From assembly GCA_965287045.1 (NCBI GenBank), contig OZ336882.1, positions 65,162,001 to 65,226,000 on the forward strand: a stretch of 64,000 nt of DNA, in the 5' to 3' direction. The stretch comes from Carcharhinus amblyrhynchos (Eukaryota). Below are positions 11,680 to 25,361 of this stretch, piece by piece. The notes under the pieces are model-generated. The model was not told the DNA's origin and made no database searches. It saw only the letters and a program-made list of their open reading frames with translations. The translations under genes were made by a program, and so were the position numbers. Position 1 is the first letter of the stretch; the number at the start of each line of letters is the position of its first letter.

Positions 11680-14600
11680 AACAAGGCCTACCATGTGAGA
11701 AGAGAAGAATTTACGATAGCAAACAGCTTTGAAAATCCCATGATCAAATAGTCCTTAAAATAGCACCATCTTCAGCACAAAATGCACAAGCCACAAATTA
11801 AAAGGAAGTCTTATTGTGTCCCATCTTACAAAATATTGCATCCCTTTGGCACAGCTCACCCAACTCAGACAATGGGAAAATTATTACAAAAAATAAGCAA
11901 GCTCTGCGAGAAAAAAAACACACAAAAATGGCTCCTTCAATCTTTTCCCTTTGCTCCCTCTCCCTCGCTAAATGAAAAGAAAATGCCATAAAGCCCTGGC
12001 ACGGAGACAAATATTGAAAACTGTTGGCAATGGATAGGTTACTAATGCATCGAGGGTCAACATCCTGGCAGCTCTCGTGACATTCCTGGCAAAATAAACA
12101 GTGAGCCACAACATCAGCTTTTTTCTGCATGCAATCGCATTTAAATTGGCAGGGTTAGCCGAGGCTTAGGAAGAGTTTAATTATCCTACTGGGGCAAGGG
12201 CTCATCAGGAACAATAGGAGCACCACTAATTCAAAACAGGTAACCCAATCCAGATACTCAGAGTGCACACACATCACTAATCACTCAGAGTTGTTTTCTC
12301 ACCATATCATTCACTAGAGAGGTCTGGAGAAGCTGAACTTAAAAATCTGTCTCTCGTTATACCTCAATCTCTGGATTTCATTCATAACTTCTCACAGTAC
12401 CAAATTTACTAGGATACATTATAAGAATTATACCCTCTTTGCAATTATCCCATGCAGTTCACATAAAATCCAGTTTGAACGTCACTAGGATTTTTTTTTA
12501 AACAAACAAGCTTTTCTCAGCTAAACCGGGCAATTTGTGTTAATTGTTTCCATCCTGGCATCATCTCCATCCAATGTTCATAGTGCCAGTGATTTGCGGG
12601 AGATAAGTCAGCAAACATTTCTTCTTACACTGTGTCTATTGATGGCATGCTGTAAAGAGGGATGCTGTTTGCGTGAACTGGAGGTCATCAGCAAAAGCTT
12701 TCCTCGTCTGTCAAAGATCCGCGATGAAAATGATGAGGAATTCCAGCACTTGCATGTGATCTCTGTGCAGGAATGATAATACACATTGTTCTCCTCCCCT
12801 TCTACTAATTTCTTATTGCCGAAGAGGGCTGTTTAAATTAGGTTCAAAAATGTTGCATTTAACATATCTTGGATAAACTTCTGTCATATCCATATGAAAA
12901 GGACTTAAAGGATGGAGCTCATTCTGATCAGTAACGAGATGGAGCAGCCTCTGATCAATGATTTCATGCAAGACAACAGCAACACTGCAGCTGGTTTCAG
13001 TGAACCTGAGCTGCCTGCATCTGCCCAGTGCCCAGTGATTCCCTGGCTGGCACCCAGAGGTACTGGCTACATGAAGAGTTGGTGAAGTGCTGCAGAGCTG
13101 CCCAGTGCCTGTGAGACCAAGACCCCAAAGGGACAAAGGCCTTCAGCAGGGAAGTTGAAAAAAAGGAGTATCCTATGCCAGGTAACAAATCTTTTAGTTT
13201 ATTCCAGAATGGATGATGCCTATAACATTGACTTAGATTTATTACATAATGATTGAGCTTTTGGGTACAGTGTAAACATGTATTGCTAATATGCTTTTTA
13301 AAATCCCACACACAAAATATTTGCCTGTTTTATGCTGTGTAGCTTACACTGCAAGGTCATGTTGTTGAGAAAGTGGCACAAAAATAGCAAGTATATGGAG
13401 AGATGCCATTGCACACAATCTGGATTTGACACTGGATGGGGTACAGTGTCAAATTTGGTACGAGGGGCTATTTGGCAATCTTGTTCTCAAGGGGAGGGTG
13501 GGGTTCAGAGACAGAACTAAGAACAATTGCCCACATGAATGCAACCATGAGAGCACAGCCAGCCATATCATGTTCATTGTTCCTGATTTTAATTCAGTTC
13601 CCGGAGCCAGGAAGAAACTCTGTTCTCATCCTGTGAAAATGCAAAATGTGCTAATACTGCCATGCAGAAAGAGTCAGGTAACATCAAGCCAAAAGAGAGG
13701 GATTCAAACCGCCCATCCAAATATCTATGAATATACATATCTGTAGACAGCTCAGACCCTACTACAGTTATACACCATACAAAGTTCACAGCAATTCAAT
13801 ATAAATCCCTCATCATAGATCGATGACCAGTACTAACACTCTGTCCACACTGAGTCAAAGTAGATTCAAACTAAATCGACATTGAAATGGAAACAGTTGG
13901 AGCATTAATAAACAGCAGCCAGTGGGAGCCTGAAATCTCATGGCAGTGAATTGGGGATGAGGGAGGTAGCAAAGATCGATTATTGATAGTGTTAAACCCC
14001 TCAATCAGGCTCAGAATTACCCAGGGATGCCCAGGTCTCCATATTCTTTGTAGAAGTGACAGATTGGCCTATGTCCCTGTCATTTGGACTCCCACATCCA
14101 TTCGGAGATCTACCGCACCCATGTGACAAGATGTGGTGATGGCAGGCATTCAAATCTCCCCCCCACCCCCTCAGGAAGCTGCTCAGCGTGCTGACCTCAA
14201 CTACCTGCAACCGATCTTATGAAGTTACAGATTTACAGATATTGCACCATTGTAAGGTCATCCATTTCTGTAAGGTAAATGAGGGGAGATGCTTCCTCAC
14301 CCCCACCACTCTCCCCACCGTAGCCTCACACTCCTTCACCCATCAAACCCCTGCGTCTCCACATATCCTCACAACCAGCGCTTGCATTGTATAACCACAT
14401 TTGACAGAATACAAGGAATGGAAGAGGAATGGGCGGAGAGATGGAGGCCACTTCAACCAGCCTGAGACAGGAATAGATCTGTAACTGTTCTGAAAGAGAG
14501 GTGCCCTGTTTGAATGGTGAGTGCCCTGCCTAATCTTCATAACCCACAGTTGAGGTGTTCTTGTAGTTGGAAAGTTACTTCAATCCTTGGCCAAGTTTGT

Positions 14601-15049
14601 TCACATTCTGTCTCTGTCTTTTTTGAGCTTTCCACTAAAAGAAGAACAAACTCCGTTTTGTTAATAACTAGTTGGCTTTTTTTTTCTCAGCTGCAGTGCA
14701 CCCCAGTGATCTAAAGCCTAAATTACACTGCCAGGGCAGCAGATCCAGTCAAATAGTGCCAAACTCTGTCTGTACCTGCCAATAACTCGCCAGCCAACTC
14801 ACAGTTGAGATTCCATGAGCCCCGAGACAATTCCCAGAGGTGGAAATTTTATGTCAAAACCCTACACCAAGCATTGGGATAAAGTATTTGCCACACCTTT
14901 CTGTTCCCAGTGCTGTAGCTGCTGGTGTCAGCTTCAGAGAATTTAACTTTTCACCCTCACTTTACCTCTAGCCTGTGGTAAATGTAACAGGCTGCCTGGC
15001 TCAGCCAAGGACACCACAGGCTGCCCTTCCTTCCTGGCCAAGGTAATTA

Positions 15050-15381
15050 GAATAACAGTATCCTTACGCTGCAGAAGTAGGCCATTCAGCCCAACGAGCC
15101 TGCACCGACCACAATCCCACTGAGGTCCTATCCCCATAACTCCATGTATTTACCCTGTTAGTCCTACACTGACATTACCCAAATACTAAGGGGCAACTTA
15201 GCGTGGCCAATCAACCTAACCTGCACATCTTTGGACTGTGGAAAGAAACTAGAGCAGCCAGAGGAAACTCACGCAGACATGGGGAGAATGTGCAAACTCC
15301 ACAGAGATAGTGACTCAAGGCTGAAATTGAACCAGGGAGACCGTGGTGCTGTGAGGCAGCAGTGCTAACCACGGTGCCACC
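15050..15381 (-). mobile_element. HE1/V-SINE
   Basis: Reverse complement of the same SINE (ggtggcaccgtggttagcactgctgcc..tggagtttgcacattctcccc..ccacagtccaaagatgtgcaggttagg). Confidence 0.9.
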
Positions 15382-17477
15382 ATACTTAGAGCCTCTGTTT
15401 GTACATCCCAACAATGGTATATTCTCATTTATGATGTGCTCGGGTTACGTTACATAGAATCTGCAAAGCAGAAACAGACCTTCAGCCCAACTGATACAAG
15501 TCCCATTACTTAATCGAGCCCTGCCAAACACCCTTCTAATCCTGTCCATTCCTTCCTCCCCCCATGTGTCTTTCCATGTGAGAAATTGAGAGATTTCAGC
15601 CCTAGGCAGGATTCTATGTAGTTGTATCACTGCAATCAATTTATTCCATGAGAATCCCAAAGAAATTCATAGATGGTGGATGGAGTGGGAAGTCAGTCTG
15701 CATTGCTGTATCTTCCTCAGCAAATGATGATGAAAACAGGAAAGTATACTGAATGTGGCACAGGCCTGCCTATCTACCAGGGAATCTAACTTTGAGGCGA
15801 CTGAGAAAACTCAGGTTGGACTGCAAGGAAAACTTACAGACTTTGGTGGACCAAGCAACTCCATTACTCAACTGCTAAACAGTTCACAATTGTACAACAT
15901 GAATGTTGACAGTCTCCTCAAAATGTGAGAATACATTCCCTTTCGAGTTGTTCTGCCTAAGATTTTCACCAAAGGGAAAATATCCACCTTACTGCACCTT
16001 CAGCCCCAGGTTTGGATGGAACATGAATGTGATGTTGGTGGTACCTCTGAAGATACCAATGCCCACCCTAAGATAGAAAGCAGCGGCACTTAGCTGGCAG
16101 ATGTAGGCACAGTCTCCATCAGGTTGGCATTGCTCATGGGCATCCATTGATCAGCTGAATACTGAACCAAATGAATGGGAGACAAAGCAGTTTCCCAAAT
16201 GCTGACTGGACCACCCAGCCTTGTCAGTGTAAAGAGTCACCATCCTGCCATATTGTGCCTTTGTTATTTTTAAAACAAACACTGGGCAAAAGAAGTGAAG
16301 CCTGCCTTTACTTGGCAGTAATACAGCAGTAACAGCTATTAATGTGTCAGCCTATACATGCACCCAGAGTGTATACAGACATTCTCAATAATACTCCACT
16401 GAAGTGAAACCTTCAATTCTGGCTTTACCTGTGCTTAGTGCATATGATAAAACAACACAGCAAATACATGGGATCCATCTCTACTTGCTGCAACAAATAG
16501 GTCATCCTGCTCTTCAATCTTATAATAATGACACAATCTGAAAGTGCTGTTTCATCTTTCAAAAGGTTATGTTCCTTTTTCTCGCAATCCATCCATTTTT
16601 GTTCTCTTATCCTCCCTGAAAGTGCTGACCAATGTTGAAGCACAGTTTCCTAGGAGGTGCTTTACTCTACCTTGCCCGAGTGCCTGCTTCTTGTGTGCAG
16701 TTGCTGAAAGGCAATTTGACATGGAAGCCATCACTGCTATCAGCCAGGCCAGACCCTCAGCCAGTATTATTCAAGTTCGCCCCCCCTCCAGTATAAATCA
16801 CTTGCTTGGCCATCAGAAGCAAGGATCCTGGTTGATCTGCACTCCTGCGCACATCTCAGGGACACAGAGGCCAACTGCAGTGTTGCAATTCTGGCCAAAG
16901 CCATGCTAAGCTGACACAGACTGAGGATTGAGTGGCTCAGTCCCACACTTGCAGTACTTTAATTATTTGAACCATCTGCAAAGAAGGTTCCAATTGTATA
17001 TGATGCTTCCTCTAACAAGGTCCAGCACAAAACTGAAAAAAGCTCATCTGGAAATTCTAAATTCTTCACTTCTTGCCTGTCTGATTTCCAGCCACTCACA
17101 ACCGCAAGGTAGTAGGTTTCATATATACTGTATGAATGGATATACATATATATCTATATATGAATGTAATCAGTTGCCTGATGCAGTACATTTGTTAAAC
17201 CACAGAACGGGAGAATCACTAAGATGCAAGCAGAGAGGATTTCCTCATTATGATGAGTCAACAAGAGGGACAAAAAACACCCGTAAATTTCCCAGCCTTT
17301 CACAAGTGAATCACACAATTGCAGAACCCGAAACAGGACAAGCGAGACCAGCCGTTCATTCATGTCCGAGATAAAACACACCCGCACGTACACATACGAC
17401 CACAAGCCAATGTACCAGCACCACTTGCGGACAGGGCAGGTGTCACACAATAATCAAGAGCAAACAATTGTTCGTAC

Positions 17478-17546
17478 CTGTCAATTATTACCGGGTCCGA
17501 TGGTGTCTCATTCCTGTTGCCACAACTTTTCTTGTCACAGCAGCGA
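17478..17546 (-). CDS. EBF1: EBF1 coding exon 6: [22 protein letters not shown](R); the gene continues beyond the left edge of the window
   Basis: Long polypyrimidine acceptor ccttcctgcag| and donor AG|GTACGA; 69 nt. Completes HX3CX2CX5C. I did not find the next exon (FFLKFFLKCNQNC) in 1-17477, consistent with the very large intron 6 of vertebrate EBF genes. Confidence 0.96.
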
Positions 17547-20375
17547 CTGCAGGAAGGGGAGAAGAGGGAGAGTCAGAAATCAGAACAATTGCTGCATATG
17601 GCTTAAATTACTGATGCCTTCTCTCCCGGTGCTAAACAAGCAGGGTAGGTACAATTTAACAACCACATAATGGTTAAGTAACTACTGCCAAGCCTTTTGC
17701 AGTACAAGTCAAGGGTAGGAATTAGTAGGAGACCATACTTGTATATAAGCAAATTACTACTTTCCACTTCCCCTAGACAGCTGGTAGTAATTAGGGAGGC
17801 AAAAGGTGCCTTTGTAAAAGATGAGCAGTGAAGCAGGACTCACCTGAGGCAGGTAAGCAGTCCCCTCCCAGAACAATAGATGGACAAACCTCCTCAGCAC
17901 TAGGGTGTCAGCCTCATTGGTTCTCATCTTACAACCATCACAGATGGTAAATATACTTCAGTGAAACAGTCACTGGCTGAAATCAGGCCTTCGCACATCA
18001 GAATGGCAAAGGCTGGAAGTAATCGTGCACCGAATTTAAGCAAGATGTGGGGGAGGGTGGAATCTAAAGAGTTAAAACCTTTTAAAACAGAACCAAGATC
18101 ACTTATGTCCTATTGCTCTTGTACAAATTTGCAACTTCCCCATATGAGTAAACACACTCTCCACTGTCTTCATGTAAAGTTTATTGTGATCGTCTGCTTT
18201 CATGAACAGAATATATACCAATTCTTTTTTAATATTTCATCTATTACGGTCCACTTTTCCAATGGCTCTCAAAAGATGTTTTATTTTAGGGTGACTATGG
18301 TCAGCACCAGCTAGGCCAGCATTTATTGCCTATTCCAAATTGTCATTAAGAGGGTGGTAGTTACCCATCTTCTAGAATAGCTACAGTCCATGTGGTGTAG
18401 GGTCACCCAAGGGGCAAATGGAGAGTATGCCATCACACTCCTGATTTGTGCCTTGTAGATGTGGACAAGTTTTGGGAAGTCTGGAGGTGAGTTACTCTCC
18501 ACAGAATTCCTATCCTCTGATCTGCTCTTGTAAAACACAGTTTTGTGTGACTGGCTCAGTTCACCTCCCGGTCAATGTTTATCTTCAGGATGTTGATGCT
18601 GATGGTGGTAATGCCATGGAATGCCACGAGGAGGCAGTTAGGCTCTCTCATGTTGGAGTCATTGACCAGCACTTGTGTGACACAAATGTAACTTGCCACT
18701 TACCAGCCTATGCCTGAGTGTTGTCCAGGATTTGTTGATTAAAGGCACAACTGCTTCAGTATCTGAGGAATTGCAATGATTAGCATGTATTTCCACTTCT
18801 GACTTTGCGATGAAGAGAAAGTCATTGGTGATGCATCTGAAGATGTTAGGGCCCAGGACACTAAGCTGAGGAACTCCTACAGTGATGTCCTGGGACTGAG
18901 ATGACTGTAATTGTTGGAACCCAATTATCTTCCTTTGTGCTAAGCATATTAATAATGTGGCAGTGGACGCAAGAGCATTTTACTTCTCCCACCTAATGAC
19001 ATTCAGCATAAAAAGGAGACAGTTTCCCTTGACATCAGGAACTAAAGCACTGATCAAAGGCAGTGAGAAAGGTTCCACTCCTTCCAACAGACCTCATGAA
19101 TAGCAGTGCTCTCTAGGAAATCAAAGATGGGCGGGGGGGATGAGGGTGGGTTAGAGTGGGAGGGCATTCCCAAAAATCAGAGTTCTCTGTTCTCCAGATA
19201 GTTAGCATATGTATGAAAGCCCCCTGCTTTAGCATTGCTAAAGGATTGCCACATACATGCTTTGCATTTAATTATTTTCTAATGCAATAGATCATGAGTT
19301 AGGAGACTGAGTGTGGAGAGTGAGATACTCAGCATAGGCTGATACAATTGTAGACAGGTGCGTCTGTAAATTTTCTGAACATTTTTCTTCCTTCTCCCAG
19401 GATTTGTGCCATTGCAAGTGATACGGCCACAAGTGAATCATTGTATTTCTCACTCATTTTCCTTCATCTGTTCTTAGATTTCTCTCCTTCCTTTCTTCCT
19501 GATGTCACCGCCACTTTCTCAAGGGCAGTTAGGAATGGGCAATAAATGCTGGCCTAGTCAGTGACACTCACATCCCGAGAAGCAATTTTAAAAAAACCAT
19601 TAGTTCCCTTTTGGATTGGATTATCACATTTGTGTAAATTATGAAATTGTGAAAGTTAGTGGGAACATTGCCATTTTTGTTCCTGCTACAAGTCCAGTTA
19701 ACAGTTTCTGATATTTACACTGTATTGGGAAAAACATTTTCTTGGCAAGAAGTGTTTCTATGTTTTGGAAGCTTTACCCAAAATGGAAGCTCTTCCATCC
19801 TTTTCACTATCTCCTTGCACCATTTCTTAATTCATTTCCAAGATCTCAAACATCATGGAACTCCTTGTACTCCTATCTTTTCTTTCTCTCACGACCATTG
19901 AGTTCTTAAAGTCAAATATTGGCATCACAACTTCATTCCTTTCTGTGCATTCTCGTCTCTTTGAACCTTGGGGGGTAGCCAACTGAAGACCTTGACCCTT
20001 TTCATTCAATGTACTATATTTCATTTCAGGCAGAAGACCATTTAGTAATGTTTTTTCAAACATTTGGGAAGTCTGTGAGACTTTCACTTCACAAGATACA
20101 AGCATCAGCAGCAGAGAGCTATGACAGCACATATATAAAGTTTACATCTTGGCGTGATGAATATTTATCAGTGTTAGTCGTGATGGCTCCCACTAACCTG
20201 ATGTGATTAGTCAGATAGTGTTCACACGACACTGGAAGTGATACTTTATTAAAATATAATGTCATGGCCTAGTAAGTGCAGGCAGCCAGTACCTGGTGCC
20301 CAGTTTGAAACCCAGTTTCTGCTAAGTTAGCTGACTCAACATTTCAGGAGTTGCAACTTTCCTCAGTCTCTAGTC

Positions 20376-20741
20376 CAGTGACGGGCAACCTAGGCTAGTA
20401 AGTGGGCCTCCTTCATCTTAAGACAGCCTCTCAGCATAGGGTAAATTTGCTAACTGTGCTTGCATATCTAGATTTGCAGGCTGTGCTGACTGAAGACGTG
20501 TTTCAACTAGATGCAGAGAGAGTGTGCACAGCTCCCATAGTCAATTTGTGTGTAATCTGCATGCACTTCACTTCATGTTCCCTTACTTTATGTGCGTATC
20601 ACGTTAGTCATGCCGTTGGAAAAATAAACTATGCGGATTGAAACCAGTGAAGTATTGCAATCCTGCGTGTGGGCAACAGTCAAAAAAAATCTCAAGGGCC
20701 ACACTCAAGATCCAAATTGGCTGCATAGGCTACCCAAACTG
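20376..20741. mobile_element. Probable hAT MITE
   Basis: Left end CAGTGACGGGCAACCT follows ctctagtc; imperfect right end AGGCTACCCAAACTG. The right TSD is not recognisable. Confidence 0.4.
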
Positions 20742-23700
20742 ACCATGGTTTCATGACTTTTAAGTCCAGATATTTATCGAATTCGAATTTCTGCTACGTT
20801 GGGCTTCAAACCCAGGTCCCCAGAGCTTTACCCTGGATCTCTGGATTACTAGCCCAGTAAGAAGTCTCACAGCAGCAGGTTATGATTACTAGCCCAGTGA
20901 CAGACAATACCACTACACCAACACCTCAGCTTGTGCTGCCAATCACTATCTGGGGGCCTAAGGATAAGATCAAGTCCATTTGCCACATCTTGTCTGTACA
21001 AGGCATAAAACATGCTGCCGCTCACAGAGCAGATGCCGAAATGAAGGATGGCCACTTGAAGATTGTATCAGAGAAACTGCACTCTAACAGCTTTTGAAAA
21101 TAAAGTCTTGCACCTTAACTTAGTTTCATTTGGTTAAGAAGAAGTATCAGTGCCCTATAGTGTGGCTTTTAACCAGGTTTCTGGCCCAAGTTACACACAA
21201 TTACATTTTACATTATATACAATGTGACTGCTGTAGTTATTGCTACAGCATTATGTATAGAATGAGTGGGAAGTGAACTTTCAGGTCATATTAGTAAATA
21301 GCTATATTTTTGGCTTCTCTGACAATGCCATGCACAAAACCTCTGGTGCACCACACCCCTCTATGCTACTGGTACTAATTGAGAATTACATACAAGTGTC
21401 AGTCCATCTATTGGTGCAATTCAGTGTGCAAGGTATTTAACCCTTTGTGGTTAACCCTTTATAGGAAAGTGTTAATTGGTAAAATACAGTCACTTCCCAT
21501 TTCTTTCACCCCAACGTGCCTTCAGGTGCCCCATCCCTAAGCTTTGCAGTTCCCTTCAAAACCCACTCTGCACTATTATCTTCCCTCTTGTAAGGCAAAC
21601 CTAACAATCTACCTCTTTAACAAAGCTTTTAGTTAGCTGCCCTAATACCTTCCTATGTGGCGTATTGTCAAAGTGTATTTGATAACTTTTCTGTGCAGTG
21701 CCCTGGAAAGTTTTAGGACGTTAAAGGTGCTATATAAATGCAAGTGGTTGTTGCCAGCTACCATCTGTCCAGCTCCCGCTACCCGCCCCCCTCCACCCCC
21801 GCAACCTGTCCCAATATCTCATGTTGGGATCTGATTCTAGGGGCACCAATACCTCAGCCGAAAGGCCCTAATTCATTAGGGAGCCGAGTCAATTGTCAGC
21901 ACGCTACCTGGGCATGAATGGAGAGTCTTCACAATCCGTACATACATTGTCCTCGCCCAGTAGATGAAGCAAGACGGGAGGAGGTTCGATGGAACATCAA
22001 CATTTTAGGCTGAAAATGGCCGTCTCTGTGTGCAGTGTTCCCCGCCACATCCACATCTATGCACCAAGGGTGAATGGATAAGGATCAGCAGCAGGGACCA
22101 GAACTGATTTATTCTCCTCCATAGCCCAGGGGGCCACACTGAGGAGAGTTGGAGCACTTCAACAGCAACCCCAGCTGAGATCAACTAATCCAACTCAGGC
22201 TGCTTTCGAATATGGGACATCTGTGATTTTTTTTGTGTGCGCGTCTTGTTTCTATTTTTAAATAAAAGATGGTATCCTGCGCCCGGGTCCCGCTGCTAGA
22301 CTGCTTTGCAGAAATTTACAAGAGTTTTATCTGGCTTATAAATCTAACAATCGTTTTACTCTGATTGTCTTTAAAGCTAATATCGCTGGACCCGTTTAAA
22401 AAACAGCGGAAGAATAAGAAGCCAGATCAACGTGAGCAAGAGACCTGAAATAAGAAATCCTCTCAATTTGGGGGGGGGGGGGGCGATAAAAACGAGTTCT
22501 CGGTACAACTGTGCGGAGAATTAAAAATCATTGTGCATGCACTCTGATCATTGAATGTGTACTGGCCCAGGTTGAAGTGGTTCTGCTAACGTTACTGGTC
22601 ATTCCCCAAAATGATTCATTACAAATAATATTCACCCTTAATATATTAGTGCCGTGAACTCACATTATTTTAAAAGGGAGTAAAAAGTTAAGAAAACAGA
22701 CCTTGACTGAAACTGTGGATTTTTTTTGTTACCCAAAAAGACAAGCTGGTTTCACACCATCTGGGTAATGGGAGCGCATAGCAATTAGCTGAGCTGATTA
22801 ATGGCAAACAGGCTCTCATTTTATGCTTCTAACGGAGGGCACATTTGTACCCGGTGCAAATTCAGCATATCCGAAGTTGCAACTAAAAATAATGCAGAGT
22901 TAAGAAAAACGGGTTTTGCAGTGTGGTGGGCAAGGAGAGGGTAAAGCGGGCGGGCGGGGGATGTCTGCAGCCCCTGCTCAAAATGGTGTGGGGGATTTGC
23001 AATTCAGAGCAGTATTAGTGACACAATGGGTGACAGCTCCCATATCAGGCGGGTCACGTCAAGTAATAAACAAACAGCGCCCCAATAAAACCCTGCTTCA
23101 ATAGCCAACAATGAAACCTGTAATCTCCCTCATCAGCTGGCTGACCTTTCACAACGTGCCTTTTTTTCAAACCCCAACCCCCTCCCCCCGCTGTCTTTCG
23201 CCCTCCACACACTGAAATATATTATCCGCGTGGTTCTTCTATTTCCTATAATCTGGACCATACGGTGGTGGGAATTTTAGGTAGCTACCCCAAAGCTGAC
23301 CTGACCCCTCACCTACGGAGCACTGCAAATCCACAACACACAAACATATAAACAAGGGGGACAATTGTCAAATATGAGCTCAGCTATTCATTGTGTGGAA
23401 GATAAATTATCGTTTCGGGGCAAGGTTCCCACAAAGTAAAGGGATGAGAGTACAAGCGGTAGAAATGTTAGCGCGCTTGGCCAATGGCTCAACAAATTAA
23501 GTGCAGCAGCAACCCCCCCCCCCCGCCCCCACTCAGACCAGGAAGGGTCCACGTTACCTAGTCAGCTTATTGTGTTCAGTCTTATTACCACTGCATTAAA
23601 GGTATTATGTCAGAAATCTTGTCCTGGTCACTCACTAGCAACCTCTACTGGAGACTGCATAGGTGAGTAGACAATGTGAGGAGATCGGATCAGGTTCCGC

Positions 23701-25324
23701 AGTAATGATTCGCCACCCCTGCTACCCACCCCCCCCCCGCCCCACTCCCCCCAATCAAATATCCTCTCGACACTCACAACGCCTAGCCTGAAGAATGCCC
23801 ACTTGAGAGAAATGCCAGAGGACTGTCTGTTAACATATATAGAATCACACTTCAGCCAGGAGTCAAAAGCTTCGGATCAACAGGAGAAAATTATCAATAA
23901 GTGTCAGCACTGCGTGGTGTTCCCTGGATTTGTAAAAACAAGGTTTCTGTTCCAGCGGAGCACCTTAACAAAAAAAACATTTTCGGCATTGCTGCATCAT
24001 TTGTCACTTAACAACGAACTGCACAAAAGAATCCGACTGGCGCAACGTCCCACAAGAATTCAGTTTCTGAAAATGTAGACTCTGTTCTCACAGAGTTTAT
24101 GTTTCAAAATCGAGGACATAACATCCACAGAGGATAGACAGATAGCCCCTGTTGCAGAGGCAGACAGACTCTGGCACAAGTATCTCCAAAACAGCACACT
24201 GGCTGGCACGATCAGCCCTTGCACAACCATGCTCACAAATGAAAGCTACAGTTCATATAAGATCTATCTATCGTACAATGTTTAGTGCAAAACAAATAAA
24301 TTTATCGAGTTTATTTTTTTAAAATAAAGTCACCCTGAAGTTTGACGTTTTGGGCCACGAAATAAAGAAGCTTAAATCTAGCCAAAGTTCAGTCCAGATT
24401 AAGAAGGATGCTTCGTGATGAACAAAAAAAAGTCACAGCGAGAGTACACCGTTTACCATTCTGCCCTGAACATGCAGCAAATTATCTTATCACCTATTCC
24501 CTGAGATCAGCCTTTACACAAAAGCAGTGCAACGCCTCGAATAATTTCGGTCCCACTTTAAGAAATATTAAGCACAAAGTTGTCATTTTAAGATAAAACT
24601 ACCCTTGTCTTTAACTCGATATTTAGTTCTTAGGATATATTATTATTAATTCCAACTATTTCCTGTAAATATTCCTTCCAGTAATATTGAGCGAACCCTC
24701 TTGAGCTGGGAAGGATGTTCCAGTTGTCACAAAAGCTTTGAGAAGCGGTAGGGGTGCCTATATGTTGAACAATTGCAAATCTAAATACTAGCAGCAGCAA
24801 CACATGTTCATTATGTTCCCCACTTTACTCCCTTTCTCTCCTGTAAACTGTTACCAAAATTTGATTCCATTGACACCAAATCTCCTTAGGAAAATCTATA
24901 CGTGAGCTATTAGACCAACTAGGCATTTGTGCTGCTAAATCTGCTCAATGTCTCACAGTGGCAGATTCACACTTCCACTTTATTGTGAATTTATAGATGC
25001 CAATGCGCATACAACCTCAGTTAGAGACCATTTGGCCAATTATATCTATGCTTTGGCCCCATAGGGCTAAATCCATTCCTTTTCCAAGTATATATCCAGT
25101 ACCCTTTTGAGAGTTATGACTGATTCTGCTTCCACCATCCTTTCAGACCAGGCATTCCAGCAGCTAATGAGCATCAGGTAAGCTCCAGAGTTGTTGGGAC
25201 CATCATAGTTGAGTTCAATCTGTCCTCAGTCATTGTACACATGCACACACACTTCCAAGACACCCAGCATCCAGGCACTCAATAAACGCCACCTACACAC
25301 AAACACATCCACATAGGCTGTCAA

Positions 25325-25328
25325 TACA

Positions 25329-25359
<31 letters not shown>

Positions 25360-25361
25360 GT
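25325..25361. repeat. Compound (AC)n(GC)n microsatellite
   Basis: tacacacacacacacacacacgcgcgcgcgcgcgcgt. Confidence 0.95.
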
